Assembly: GCF_018977255.1 (NCBI RefSeq)
Contig: NW_024704743.1
Location: 42,906,001 to 42,970,000, forward strand
Direction of reading: 5' to 3'
Length of the DNA: 64,000 nt
Source: Callorhinchus milii
Lineage: Eukaryota
Shown here piece after piece: positions 25,496 through 36,886 of the stretch. A program made the position numbers and the translations under genes. The first letter of the stretch is position 1, and each line of letters starts with the position of its first letter. The notes beneath the pieces are model-generated. The model made no database searches, had not been told where the DNA came from, and saw only the letters and a list, made by a program, of their open reading frames with translations.

Positions 25496-28400
25496 GAGAT
25501 CTGAGACAATATCCTGCTGTCAAGCATTCTTTTCTTGACTGGTGCTATCAGAATGCAGATTCTCCGAATGATTTTGTCCTTCAATTGAGGCTGACACTTC
25601 TGAGATTAGTTGTCCTGACAGACACGTCAACTGTTTTGCCTTTGTGGAATGCTAATTTGATGAAATTTGAGTCAAAAGAGCTCCAATGTATCAGGGTACT
25701 GAAGTACAGAGCACCGCTGAGTATAGATAAAACAGCTGGCACAGATGATGGATTTAAATAATGATGGAGCACAGGACTGTTGTACAAAACTAGGATGATA
25801 CCTCCATGAGGAATACTGCTTGAGGCCAGTACTATGCTAAATACTCAGAATAGCTTTAGACCTGATATTCCACCTCGTCTTAGTCTGCAAGACTTTTAAA
25901 TGATGAAAGTTAGGATCGCCCCAAATTGTGTCATACTCTTAAATGTCAGTCTTAATTAAGTTGGAAGCCAGTTATTTTTTAGAAATGCAGCAAATTTAGT
26001 TTTCAATTTAAGAATTAATTAAAGTATCTCCATAATTGTGCGATCATATATTTTAAGAGAAAATCCAGGCTTAGATTAGGTGAAATTTTCAAGCTCAGGT
26101 AACTTTAGTGCTGGTCGATATTGTATTTTACACATGATGCTGCATAATTTCAACATTGCTTCATGTCACCAGATTAGACGCTTTGTGGTCCAGTAACCAA
26201 AGCAAAGCCTTTGGACATTTAATTCTTAATTCCAACAGATTGTGGCTGAATCCAACTCTATTTCATTTTATTCAGTAGCTATTACAATGCATAGCATGTT
26301 CATCATCACTTTTGCTGACAGCACATGACTGAAATGCATGATGTGTACTGAAGATGCTTTTGAAGCAATTTGTCAGGTTACAAGGCATGCGCCATCTTGT
26401 CTAATGTGGGGTTGATTTCAGCAGTTCTCACTGTGCTGTTCAATGTAGAACACAAAAAATGGTAAGACAGGTTTTCCCACCAATGTATTCCATAAAATAC
26501 ATCCTACAAGTCCATTCATTAAGTAGCAGTAAGGCTTGTCGTCTGCTGACTTGCTTGCTCTGGTGAAGGGATTGGTAACCACTCCCCCTTCTGCACCATC
26601 AATTGATCAAGAATGGCTCACATAGCTTCACAAAGTTTCTGTAAAGTGTAGCGACTATATTTTCGTAGGTGAATGAGACAGCCAAATTTGCGCTCATCAG
26701 TGTCCCACAAACAGGCATGTGTCAGGGTCTCGATTTATCGTCTCATCCAAAGGGTGGAACCTCTAAAAATGTAGCACTCCCCCAACACTGCACTGGAATG
26801 TAAGCCAAGTTAGTCCACCTCAAGATTGATGGCCTTCTATACTATTCTCAAGGAAGCTCAGAGAAGAAAAAAACTTCCCCAACTGAAACACAATCCACAG
26901 GAAGATACCTTTTTAACCATAGATAGTCCTATCCCCATGCCCACAAAGAAAACTGACCGAGAATTTGGGAAATTTCTGAAATTTATAACTCTGGTCGCTG
27001 AGATGTTGATGAAACTGCTAAAGTCCACATGTCCATCTGTAGCCCTAGTGATTGCATTGTCTCAAAGAGTTGAAGCTGCAAAATATGAATCACTTCCATG
27101 TTTTACAAGCTTAATAAGCACTTACTTTTGCTGTATTTAACCTGATCCATAAACCAATAGTTGCAAATGCTCATGGGGAAAATGGTGGCATAAACGGTCA
27201 GTTGCATCTGGTGGATCCCAAGAATATCATTCTGACCCGCGAGAACTCAGTCAGACCCCTTGGAGCAGTGGTCTCACCAGTTTATATGAAGGATGTGGGG
27301 TTCCCTGGAGGTGACATACTTTACATCCAAAGGCCATTTTTCAGTGCTGTGGAGTACTGTTGATCCAGCTGGTTCAGGAAACAGACTATTGAGACTGCCA
27401 CTGAGAGTTGACTCAATTCTGTTATTCCATTGCCAAACACATCATCTTGGAGTCAGCTGAACCCTAAAGAGACCCCCTCACCTTCATGGGGTGAAGGGAA
27501 CTTGAATGTGTCAAAAGATAAAGCATTCTCCTTCCTCCTATTACCTTGTTTGTTGTTGTAGTGTACACAGGAATACAAAGAAGTCACTTGAATAATTAAA
27601 GTGGGTCTTGAAGCTTTAATAAATGACTTGGCCTACGTAAGTTTATTATAAACTGCTGAGTAATGTTGCCAATACTACCAGAATCACAGTACAGTGGTCA
27701 TGTTTAAACTATATCAATGTGATTGTTTACAATTATCAATGAACTAAAATCAACACTAGCTACACCCATTGTGCAAGTTTTAAAAATACATGATCAGAAA
27801 ATCAGGTCAGTGGAAAAATCCTACTTGCAGCTTCATGCATTCTTTGCTACAAAGAGTAAGCACAAAGACACTACAACAGTCAGCAATTATAAACAGCAGA
27901 TAGATCATCTCTTACAAACTCAATATTGGGCAGTTTGTTACCGTAACGTGTACATAATATGGCAGTTCATAACATTCAAAGTTGGTTTTGTCACAAAGAC
28001 AGGTCAATAAAATAAATAACACATTATAAGAGGAAACACTTTACCAGCGGTGGATAGCACCACCGGGCTATTAGCTGAAGTGTCTGGCTGGTCCGTTAAC
28101 CAGTTTGCTGAGGAGAAGGTACACGTGGGGAGGAGAAAATGCAAAGCGTGTATATGTGTGGGGGAGGAGAAGACGAGGGGGATGGAGTGGGGGAGAGAAA
28201 AGTGCTAAAGAAAAGGATATATATCACTTGTATCCACTGAACTGGAACAGGCAGATAAAGCCTGAGGTTGCCTTGCCTACTGGGGCAAGACCAAAACTGT
28301 ACATTAAAACATTCAGGAAAAAATAGAATAGGCAATGGCACTGCAGACCTAACTCGATAAACGGTTGAAAAGAAAAATGTCAGCATTTTATGAATCCCAA

Positions 28401-29259
28401 CTTGATTTCAGAGACAAATCTGGAGTGGGATTCTAATTTCTTCTCTCTCATAGGGGGAGGTTGGAAGTAACAAATGCCAATTCAGACAGAGTGAACAATT
28501 ATATTTTATCTGTCCTGCTTAGGAGCCTGATTTCTCTCCATCCACTCCATACACACACCCTTGCTCTACCCTGAATGGTTTGTTCATTCTTATGCCTTGT
28601 CAATTGATGTCATCACCAAAATTATCCACTCCCACATTAACCCATTTTAATCCATTCACCACATTAATGTTGTGCTGTGAATTGCTTTAGTTTGCGATCA
28701 CTTCACAATTAGTCCAGCACCATCATTCCACATCCCTCTACAATGCCCAGCAACTATTAATAGAGGATAAGAAATTAGATCTTTCATAATGAATGAGTTG
28801 AACGCGGGGAAGAGGGACCTGATTTTAAATATAATTCATAAAAAATTCTATCAGAATGGTGCAAAACCCATATCTGTCAGCAAATCCAAGACATAAGCCT
28901 GCAATTGCCATGTGGTATATTTGCCACAGCAAAATTACAACTTACATTGTTACTAAGTAAAATATCCATTTCAGGGTCAAGTCTAACTAAAATGACTTCC
29001 AGTAACACATCTTTATAATTCTTACTAAAATGCATGAACTACGTTACAGTGAAAAGGCAATTAAAACAATCACCATTTACAGCTTAGCTTCACACTATCA
29101 GAAAAGCGTGATCACAGCTCATTTAACTATTTACTGTCAAATTCTGCTCACGTACAAAATATGACAAAGCTGTATTGAGTCAACAACTGCAATCTGACTA
29201 AAAGTATCTAAGTTGTTGTACCTATATTACTGTGGTCTATGAGACAAGATTCAAAAACA

Positions 29260-29265
29260 TTTATT
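29260..29265 (-). terminator. Candidate proximal RNF152 polyadenylation signal
   Basis: Minus strand reads U-rich...tgtgtacAATAAAtgtttttg. A second candidate is at 27642-27647. Confidence 0.5.
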
Positions 29266-29993
29266 GTACACAGATCTAAAAAATAAAATAAAAATAAAAA
29301 CTAGTTCAAGATCAACACAGTATTTTTTTCTAAAGTTTTAAAAATTATACTAGGCTAATTTAAATGATTTTAGCCTAAAGAAAATTGTTGCATTTGATGT
29401 GCATTTTTCTATCACTATGCCTGTCAGTCTAAATTACGTTCCTGCACACCAGACACTGGTGACAAATATATGAGTTTCACCATTGCAGGACTGCTACAAC
29501 TACAAAGAACTAAAGCTTGGATTCAAACAGTAAAGTTTAGTATTCAGTGTACAAGATGGTGACTCTAGACACCTGCCGCTGAATAATGATTCAAGTTAAC
29601 CTGCAGATAGCTTTATTGCAACACCCATCGAAAGGGAGACTATATTTAACACTTTAGAAATACAGAATCTCACAAGGGAGATCACTTCCCATTAATTCTG
29701 CATATTTTCTGCTTCCAAATGCAAAATTACCAGCAAAATCCACCACAAAGAACCATTTGCCCGATTTAGCAAATTACCCCCTAAGCATCAATCGCTTCGC
29801 AACTGAGTGATTTTTTTGCAATTTTTATGCATTTTTTGTTCCAACTTCCCCAGCACTGATTGATGTGTAACCTCTTTGCTCCAACAGAACCAAGTCCTTC
29901 AGTTTTATCTTTCAATTGAGTCCCAGTCTGGGAATCTGACACAGCAGGTAAAACGTGGAGAAACTTTTTTTTAAGATGACGAGTTTGCTCAGC

Positions 29994-30617
29994 TCAGCCA
30001 CAGGAGATGGCGGTGAATCGCTTTGAGATGCAGGACATGTTGTGTAGGACGATGCCCAACAAGAACAGGAGCACGCAGGCCACGAGCAGCACAGTGCAAA
30101 CACCTGAGCAGGTGGAAGTTTTGACACCTTCCCGGCCTTCCTCCTCCTGCTCCTCCTCTTCCTCCCTCCTCAGTCCGTGTTGCAGCTGTTGGAGTTGCTG
30201 ACTTTCCCCTGGGATCACCACAGCCGTTAAGGTCTTCCGCTGGTTTCCTGGCAATAAGCGACAGCCCCCTTCTCCTGGCAACAGTGCGCTCTCCTTAGTA
30301 ACAGTCAGAGGTAGCATGTAGCACCCGTTGCTTGGAAGCTTGATAAAGACCGGGGTGTGGTCGGAGGTGTGCGGGATGCTGATCACGGTGATTACTTCTG
30401 GGTCGTCAGGCAGCTGAGATACCGAGACGCTCGGGGAGAGCTTGGTGACAGTTCGACACCAGGGGCACCTCAGCTCCTTCTGGCTGCTCCTCATCTGCTG
30501 GAGGCAGACAGAACAACAGGTGTGTTTGCAGTCCAGCTGCTTCGGGCGACGACGGGGGCTGAAGTAATTGAAACATATCTGACATTCCAGCTGGGAATCT
30601 TGAGAAAGTGTCTCCAT
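29994..30617 (-). CDS. RNF152: E3 ubiquitin-protein ligase RNF152 (207 aa, single coding exon)
   Basis: METLSQDSQLECQICFNYFSPRRRPKQLDCKHTCCSVCLQQM...CPWCR forms a C3HC4 RING. Also HTPVFIKLPSNGCYMLPL, a C-terminal TM helix and the end KRFTAISCG. The true ATG is at 30617, not the 30719 start given in the ORF track. Confidence 0.97.
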   Translation of the reverse strand: METLSQDSQLECQICFNYFSPRRRPKQLDCKHTCCSVCLQQMRSSQKELRCPWCRTVTKLSPSVSVSQLPDDPEVITVISIPHTSDHTPVFIKLPSNGCYMLPLTVTKESALLPGEGGCRLLPGNQRKTLTAVVIPGESQQLQQLQHGLRREEEEEQEEEGREGVKTSTCSGVCTVLLVACVLLFLLGIVLHNMSCISKRFTAISCG

Positions 30618-30689
30618 TTTTATATTGACAATGGATACTTTTGGGGAGATGACTGCGGGAGCTCTAAATTCCCTGATATATGTATATAT

Positions 30690-30720
<31 letters not shown>

Positions 30721-30864
30721 CACTCTTATGCTTTTGCTCCCCACGGCAGGAGCCCAGATTCACTGACTTAAGTTGTTCTAGTCTTCAGGTACTCCTTCAG
30801 GAGGGAATGGGCTAAGGAATGCCCTGGGAGTTCCAGCAAGCACCCGATTGAATTCTTTCATTAC
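30618..30864 (-). other. RNF152: Probable 5' UTR part of the RNF152 coding exon
   Basis: Minus-strand acceptor ttgatttgttttccag| just above 30864. Contains a (TG)n/(TA)n microsatellite and a uORF. Confidence 0.6.
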
Positions 30865-33695
30865 CTGGAAAACAAATCAAAGAAGACAACACTGAAATGA
30901 GTAAGTAACTTAAGGTTATGCTAACAAGAAGCAGATGGTCTTTGTGGATGTGGTCCTACTTGCATCATACTTGCATTATTTTCTTTCAGAAAGAGAAACT
31001 CTTTAAGTTTAAGATCACTCCATCCCTCTAATAACAGAGATGGACGGCAACCAATTTAAAACCAAGTGAATGACTTGCAAACTGTCCCGTAAGCTGTAAA
31101 AATACTTTTACTCTCTTGAATGTAAATTTGACAGGCTACTCCTATAACAACAATTTGCATTTGCACAGCTCCTTTCATGCAAGATAACATCTTGGGAGTG
31201 TTGCACAATCGTGGGGTTGTAAGCATTAGGAAGAGACATTAAAAGGTAGCCTCGTACAACTGTACCAAGTTGTGGCAGGCAGTAAGTGGTAACATTTAGA
31301 TGTGTCCCAACAATTTACTAATCTCAGTCATACCAACTGGAGGTGCTTACAGACCAAAAATGTCTGGAGTTTCTTCATGGAGCAAAAAGTAAAAAACAAA
31401 TAAAAGTACAGTAAGAAAGATACCTCAGGCATTTCACTAACCAGTGATCAAGTACATTACTAAACGAATGGGAGCACATTGCCTAAACATGATCTCAAAC
31501 AGGAAAATCAGGTATGATAATAAGGAGTTCATAGAATTAGTAAGTAAAAACAAGCTGAAAGCAACATTATTGCCCACAAAGGCCTCACTCAACTCTGAAT
31601 GATTTCTTGAAAGATACCAGACAAAAAAAATCAGATACAATCACAAAACAATGTTTCTTTGTCCATTTAAAAAAAATTAAATCTGTTAAGATTAGTTACC
31701 CAAAGTCACTAATACTCAGTCTATGGAAGACAAACACAAGCAAGGTCCTAGTTATGTAGGTACCTGTGTTTTCTTCAGCATTGATTCTCCAATCACACTG
31801 TTCCGCAAACAATCGCGTTTACGATTTATCTGCAACCTGATCTTGTCTGCCCTTCGAGAATATTGATTGGACCCAAGAATTATATTTATGTGCCACTGCA
31901 ACAACTGATTCGTTACTTACTATTATCGCTTTACATAAGCCATCAAAATGTTCCCTTCACTTCTCGTTTCATTGTTAAGAAAGATTAGTTAACATGATCA
32001 TTAAATGTTCCCATCTTCGCTTGTTTTCCTGGTAAAGTGGGATGTACCTGGAGTACAGGAGCCCAGATTATGGAGAAAATCTGGTCAGATTGCTCCCTAC
32101 ATGACCGATCCAGTCCTCTTCCATTTACCTCCCACCCCACCCCAGCCCATTCCATCCCGCTCCAGAACCTTTGCTTCTAAAATGTCCTGAGACGGGATAA
32201 ACAGAATAAAATTGCACATCTAACTTACAAGAAGCGATTCGGTTACCACAAGCGCATTTGTGAAAATGTGAAATTCCAAACGATTCCAATAGTTATATCC
32301 TGCAACAGAGCATCAACTGAAAAAATCCTGGAACTCAAACAAAGGGAGCGGAAAAAGATAGGGACGGCGGGAGGGGGGTGGGGGGGGGTGGAAAACTGTC
32401 ACAATAATTAGTGGATCTGCATCTAAATGGACCCATCCAGCCCCACCACCCACCCACACAGACACCCTCCCATCACCTTCTAAAATAAGTGGAGAAGCAG
32501 GCAGTCATGTTGACAGTGCTGTTGCTGTTCATGCCACACTGAGACCTACAGACACACTGCAATCCCCTTTGTCTCCAGTCCAGATTCCTGCCTGTTTTTC
32601 TACGGAAAACAAACAAAAGAAACAACCCCTCCCTAAAAACGCCCAACTATTTCTTTCCACCGAAAGGTCTCTCGTCCAACACTGTCAGAGGATGCCATAC
32701 CTGATCAGCTGTGGAGGGGCACTGCCCTGTATCTTATTGCCCAAAGGCTGTGTTGGAGGGGGGGGGGGGGGGTCGATCAGACAACACACACACACAGACA
32801 GACACAGAGAGAGAGACCAGAGAGAGACGAGCTGGAGCTACATCACTGTTGAAGCACATCAAAAGCATCTTTATTTACCCAGTCCCTTCCCTTGCAAAAA
32901 AATTGTATCAGCTGCGGCATCCTCTTTGCAGCCTGAGCAGAGACTGCGGGGACATACACTGTACAAACACACAAATGCATACATAAACATATATATATAA
33001 AAAAACAGTATTTATTTGTTCAACTCGATTTCCCCAATTCCTGACTTTTCTCCTGCACGTTGCACACACACACACACAGAGTTTGCTGTGTGACCCACTC
33101 GCTTTGGTGGCCTCTCGGTGGTTCCTTGTGACTGTGGACCTGGACTATGGACCATCCCCTGACGGTCTGTGTGTCTGTTTGTCTGTCTGTGTGTCTGTCT
33201 CTTGCCTCTTGTTTTAAACATGTTTTATTCTCCACAGACATGCCCGACATGGAGACGCCCTGATCCTAACCTGTGGGGAAAACAGAACCCACTGACATCT
33301 GCTGCGAGAGGCCAAGAGAGACAACAAGTAAGTGCATAGCTGATGGACCATGGACCAGCTCCCAGAACCCCCCATCACCCCCACCACCATCACCCCCCCC
33401 CCACCCAGGTGTTTTGACCCAGTCTGTGCTCACACACACACACCCTGTCACCCACCCCCAGCCTTCATCATCATCATCACCATCATCATCACCATCCTCC
33501 TCTGAGCCAGACCTCCCACCCCCCCCCACTGTCTGAACTCACACCAACCTCACAAACAACTGCTTCACCTCCATCCAAAGTTATTGGGGTTCCTCGGTTT
33601 GCCTTTGGGGTGTCGCCTGGGGTTGGTTTTAAATAAAGAGAGAGACAGAGAAAGTGGGTTAAGGGCAGGTTCACAGCAACCCTGGTATCAGCAGC

Positions 33696-35146
33696 TCTCC
33701 TCTCCTCCCCCTCTCCCTCCCCTCCTCCTCCTCCTCCACTCCCCTCTCCCTCCCCTCCTCCTCCACTCCCCTCTCCCCCTCCCCTCTCCCCTCCCCCTCC
33801 CCTCCTCCTCCTCCTCCCTCCCCTCTCCCCCCCCCTCCCCTCCCCTCTCCCCCTCCCCTCTCCAGGATGGTTCCCTTTTCCTCTCGTCCCTCTGGTTGTT
33901 GGTCGGTTGGTATTTTCTCTGCTTCAAAGCGGCGAAGATCGGGGTATGACCCCCTGTCCCCCCCCCCTGCCCCCCCCTGTCCCCCCTGTCCCCCCCCCCC
34001 CCGGGGCTGCGGCCCCACAGACACCTGATCTGCAGACACTCATTCACACAACAACAACAACAACACTAACAGTGTATACAGTGAGTGCACAGGAGCTCCG
34101 GACACATACCTTCAGCGATCCCGGTACCCCGACACCCCCTCTCCCTCTCTCTCTCCCCCTCTCTCTCTCCCCCTCTCCTCTCCTCCTCTCTCCCTCTCTC
34201 CCCCTCTCCCCCTCTCCTCTCCTCCTCTCCCTCTCCCCTCTCTCCTCTCTCCCTCTCTCCCTCTCTCTCTCTCACCCCTCTCCCTCTCCCCCTCTCTCTC
34301 CCCCTCTCCCTCTCCCGTCTCTCCCCCTCTCCCTCTCCCTCTCACCCCCTCTCCCTCTCTCCCCCTCTCCTCTCTCCCCCTCTCCCTCTCTCCCTCTCTC
34401 AGCTGCTCTCGGCTCTGATGCTAAAAATGTCCCTTTATTTTTCTGTCCCACACGAGCTTTGTGATGACTGAATGCTCATCTCTTTCCGCAGCCCTCCCTC
34501 CTCCCTCCTCCCTCCCCTCTCCTCTCCTCTCCTCCCTCCCTCCTCCCTCCCCCTCTCCTCCTCCCTCCCCTCCCTCCTCCTCCCTCCCTCTCTCCTCTCC
34601 TCTCCCTCCCTCTCCTCTCCTCCCTCCCTCCATCCCTCCTCTCTCTCTCTCTCACTCCCTCCCTCCTCTCTCCCTCCCTCCCTCCCTCCTCTCCTCCCTC
34701 CCTCCTCCCTCCCTCTCTCCCTCCCTCCCTCCTCCTCCTCCTCTCCCTCCCTCCCTCCCTCCTCTCCTCCCTCCTCCCTCCCTCCTCCTCCTCCCCTCCC
34801 TCCCTCCTCCCTCTCTCCTCCCTCCCTCCCTCCTCCTCCTCCCTCCCTCCCTCCCTCCCTCCTCCCTCCTCCCTCCCTCCTCCCTCCCTCCTCCTCTCCT
34901 CCCCTCCCTCCCTCTCTCCCTCCCTCCCTCCCTCCCTCTCCTCCTCCTCCCTCCCCCTCCCTCCCCTCCCCTCCCTCCCTCCCTCCTCCTCCCTCCTCTC
35001 CTCCCTCCCTCCCTCCCCTCCTCCTCTCCTCCCTCTCTCCTCCCTCCTCCCTCCCTCCTCTCCTCTCCTCCCTCCCTCCTCCCTCCTCTCCTCTCCCTCC
35101 CTCCCTCCTCCCTCCCTCCTCCCCTCTCTTCCCTCCCCTCTCCTCT
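33696..35146. repeat. Three polypyrimidine/polypurine low-complexity tracts (33696-33863, 34135-34400, 34492-35146)
   Basis: Almost pure C/T on the + strand, built from CCT, CCCT and CT units. Confidence 0.95.
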
Positions 35147-35257
35147 GATTATTACTTCCTTATTTCTCACCTCTCGTTCGTTCTCTTTCTTTGCTCCTAA
35201 AACCAGATCTTCAGCTCTGGTGCCGCTCTCTGTGCTCCGGCAGTTGCAGTGTCCAGC

Positions 35258-36030
35258 CCCTGCCTGCCCTGCCCTCCCTGCCTGCGCTGCCCTGCCCTGC
35301 CCTGCCCTCCCTGCCTGCCTGCGCTGCCCTGCCCTGCCCTGCCCTCCCTGCCTGCCTGCCTGCGCTGCCCTGCCCTGCCCTGCCCTCCCTGCCTGCCTGC
35401 CCTGCCCTCCCTGCCTGCCTGCGCTGCCCTGCCCTGCCCTGCCCTCCCTGCCTGCCTGCGCTGCCCTGCCCTGCCCTCCCTGCCTGCGCTGCCCTGCCCT
35501 GCCTGTCTGCCCTGCCCTGCCTGTCTGCCCTGCCCTGCCTGTCTGCCCTGCCCTGCCCTGCCCTGCCCTGCCTGCCCTGCCCTGCCTGATTGCCTGTCTG
35601 CTCTGCCTGGCTGTTCTGCCGAGCTTCACCTCCTGTCTGTCTGCTGCTGCCCTGCCTCAGTGCCCGAACTGATTGCCTCTCTGCCCTGCCTGGCTGCCCT
35701 GCCTGGCTGCCCTGCCTCTCTGCCCTGCCTGGCTGCCCTGCCTGGCTGCCCTGCCTCTCTGCCTGCCCTGCCTGGCTGCCCTGTCTCTCTGCCCTGCCTG
35801 GCTGCCCTGCCTCTCTGGCTGCCCTGTCTCTCTGCCCCGCCTGGCTGCCCTGCCTCTCTGCCTGCCCTGCCTGGCTGCCCTGTCTAGCTGTCCTGCCTCT
35901 CTGCCTGGTCCGTCCTGCCTCTCTGTCTGCTGCCCCGCCGGATTGCTTGTCTCTCTGCCCTGCTCGGCTGGCTGCTCCGCCTGGCCTCCCTGCCCTGCCT
36001 GGCTACCTTTTGCCCTGCCCGCTTGCCCTG
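35258..36030. repeat. Degenerate (CTGCC)n/(CCTG)n tandem array
   Basis: Directly visible. No A on the + strand from about 35258 to 35588. Confidence 0.95.
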
Positions 36031-36099
36031 CCTGGATGGCTTGGGTGGCTGTTCTCCGGGTTGCCTGACAGAGGAGGCTGGAGCAGCGTGTGGGTGAGG

Positions 36100-36350
36100 G
36101 GGGGGAGAGGGGGCTTCTGGGAGCTGTAGTTCCGGGAGTCCGTGACTCTGAGTTCATTAACCCGCAGAGAACTACAACTCCCGGCTCGCACCGCGCGTCC
36201 CCGAGCGCTGGCTTGGCTGCTTTGATTGACAGCGCAGAGGGTCGCTTATCGATTTTAATCAGCTGCTGCACACCGGGCTACTGGGGATTGACAGCTTCAC
36301 CACATCCCCCAAGGCAGCAACCCCCCCCCCACCCCCGCCCCACCATCACA
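36100..36350 (-). promoter_or_regulatory. Putative RNF152 promoter (CpG-rich)
   Basis: Local CpG cluster in otherwise CpG-depleted DNA. Two inverted ACTACAnnTCCC motifs and a TGATTGACAG motif. Lies upstream of RNF152. Confidence 0.6.
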
Positions 36351-36600
36351 CAGCACCGGCAGTTATTACGATTGCAATTATTATTAATATCAGGTCTTTT
36401 GGACGTCTCGAAGCACTTCACAGAATATACTGTGAAGTCAATTGACTGTATATTTTGTGGCCGAAACAATAATGTGAAGCTGCAAATCAGCCTTGGGATA
36501 CACAGGGAAGAATCCTTCCAAAACCCTTTGCACCTTTTTTTTGGACTAATTTCACTGGCCTCTCATTGCAATAAAGCAAGAGTTTGATTAACTGTTAGAT

Positions 36601-36886
36601 GGAGTCCTGTAGCTCAGTGGTTAGAGCACTCGCCTCACAAGCGAGAGACCTGGGTTTGATTCGCGGCAGGGTGAAACCTTGGGCAAGTTTCCTTTGTCAC
36701 GCCTGATAATAATCCCACAGGAAAAAATACTAATTTGGTCTCTTCAATCCATGACTGTTTGTGGGACACTGCTGTGCGCAATCGGCTGCCGCGTTTCGCC
36801 CACAAACAGTATATTCTGTGAAGCGTTTTGAGATGTCAAAAAAAACTGATAAGGCGCTTAATCAAATGCAAGGATTATTATTATTA
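36601..36886 (+). mobile_element. Full-length SINE (short variant)
   Basis: tRNA head, Deu core, (TTA)n tail, TSD TAGAT. Confidence 0.92.

Noticed and set aside
30618..30719. 34-aa N-terminal extension of RNF152 in the ORF track
   Set aside because: It starts at a non-ATG codon inside a TG microsatellite. The conserved protein starts at METLSQ (30617).
33584..36271. Many long ORFs rich in Pro/Ser/Leu, Gly/Arg/Glu or Cys/Pro/Ala (keratin-associated-like)
   Set aside because: They are open only because the repeats lack stop codons in several frames on both strands. Most have no ATG start and none has a recognisable domain.
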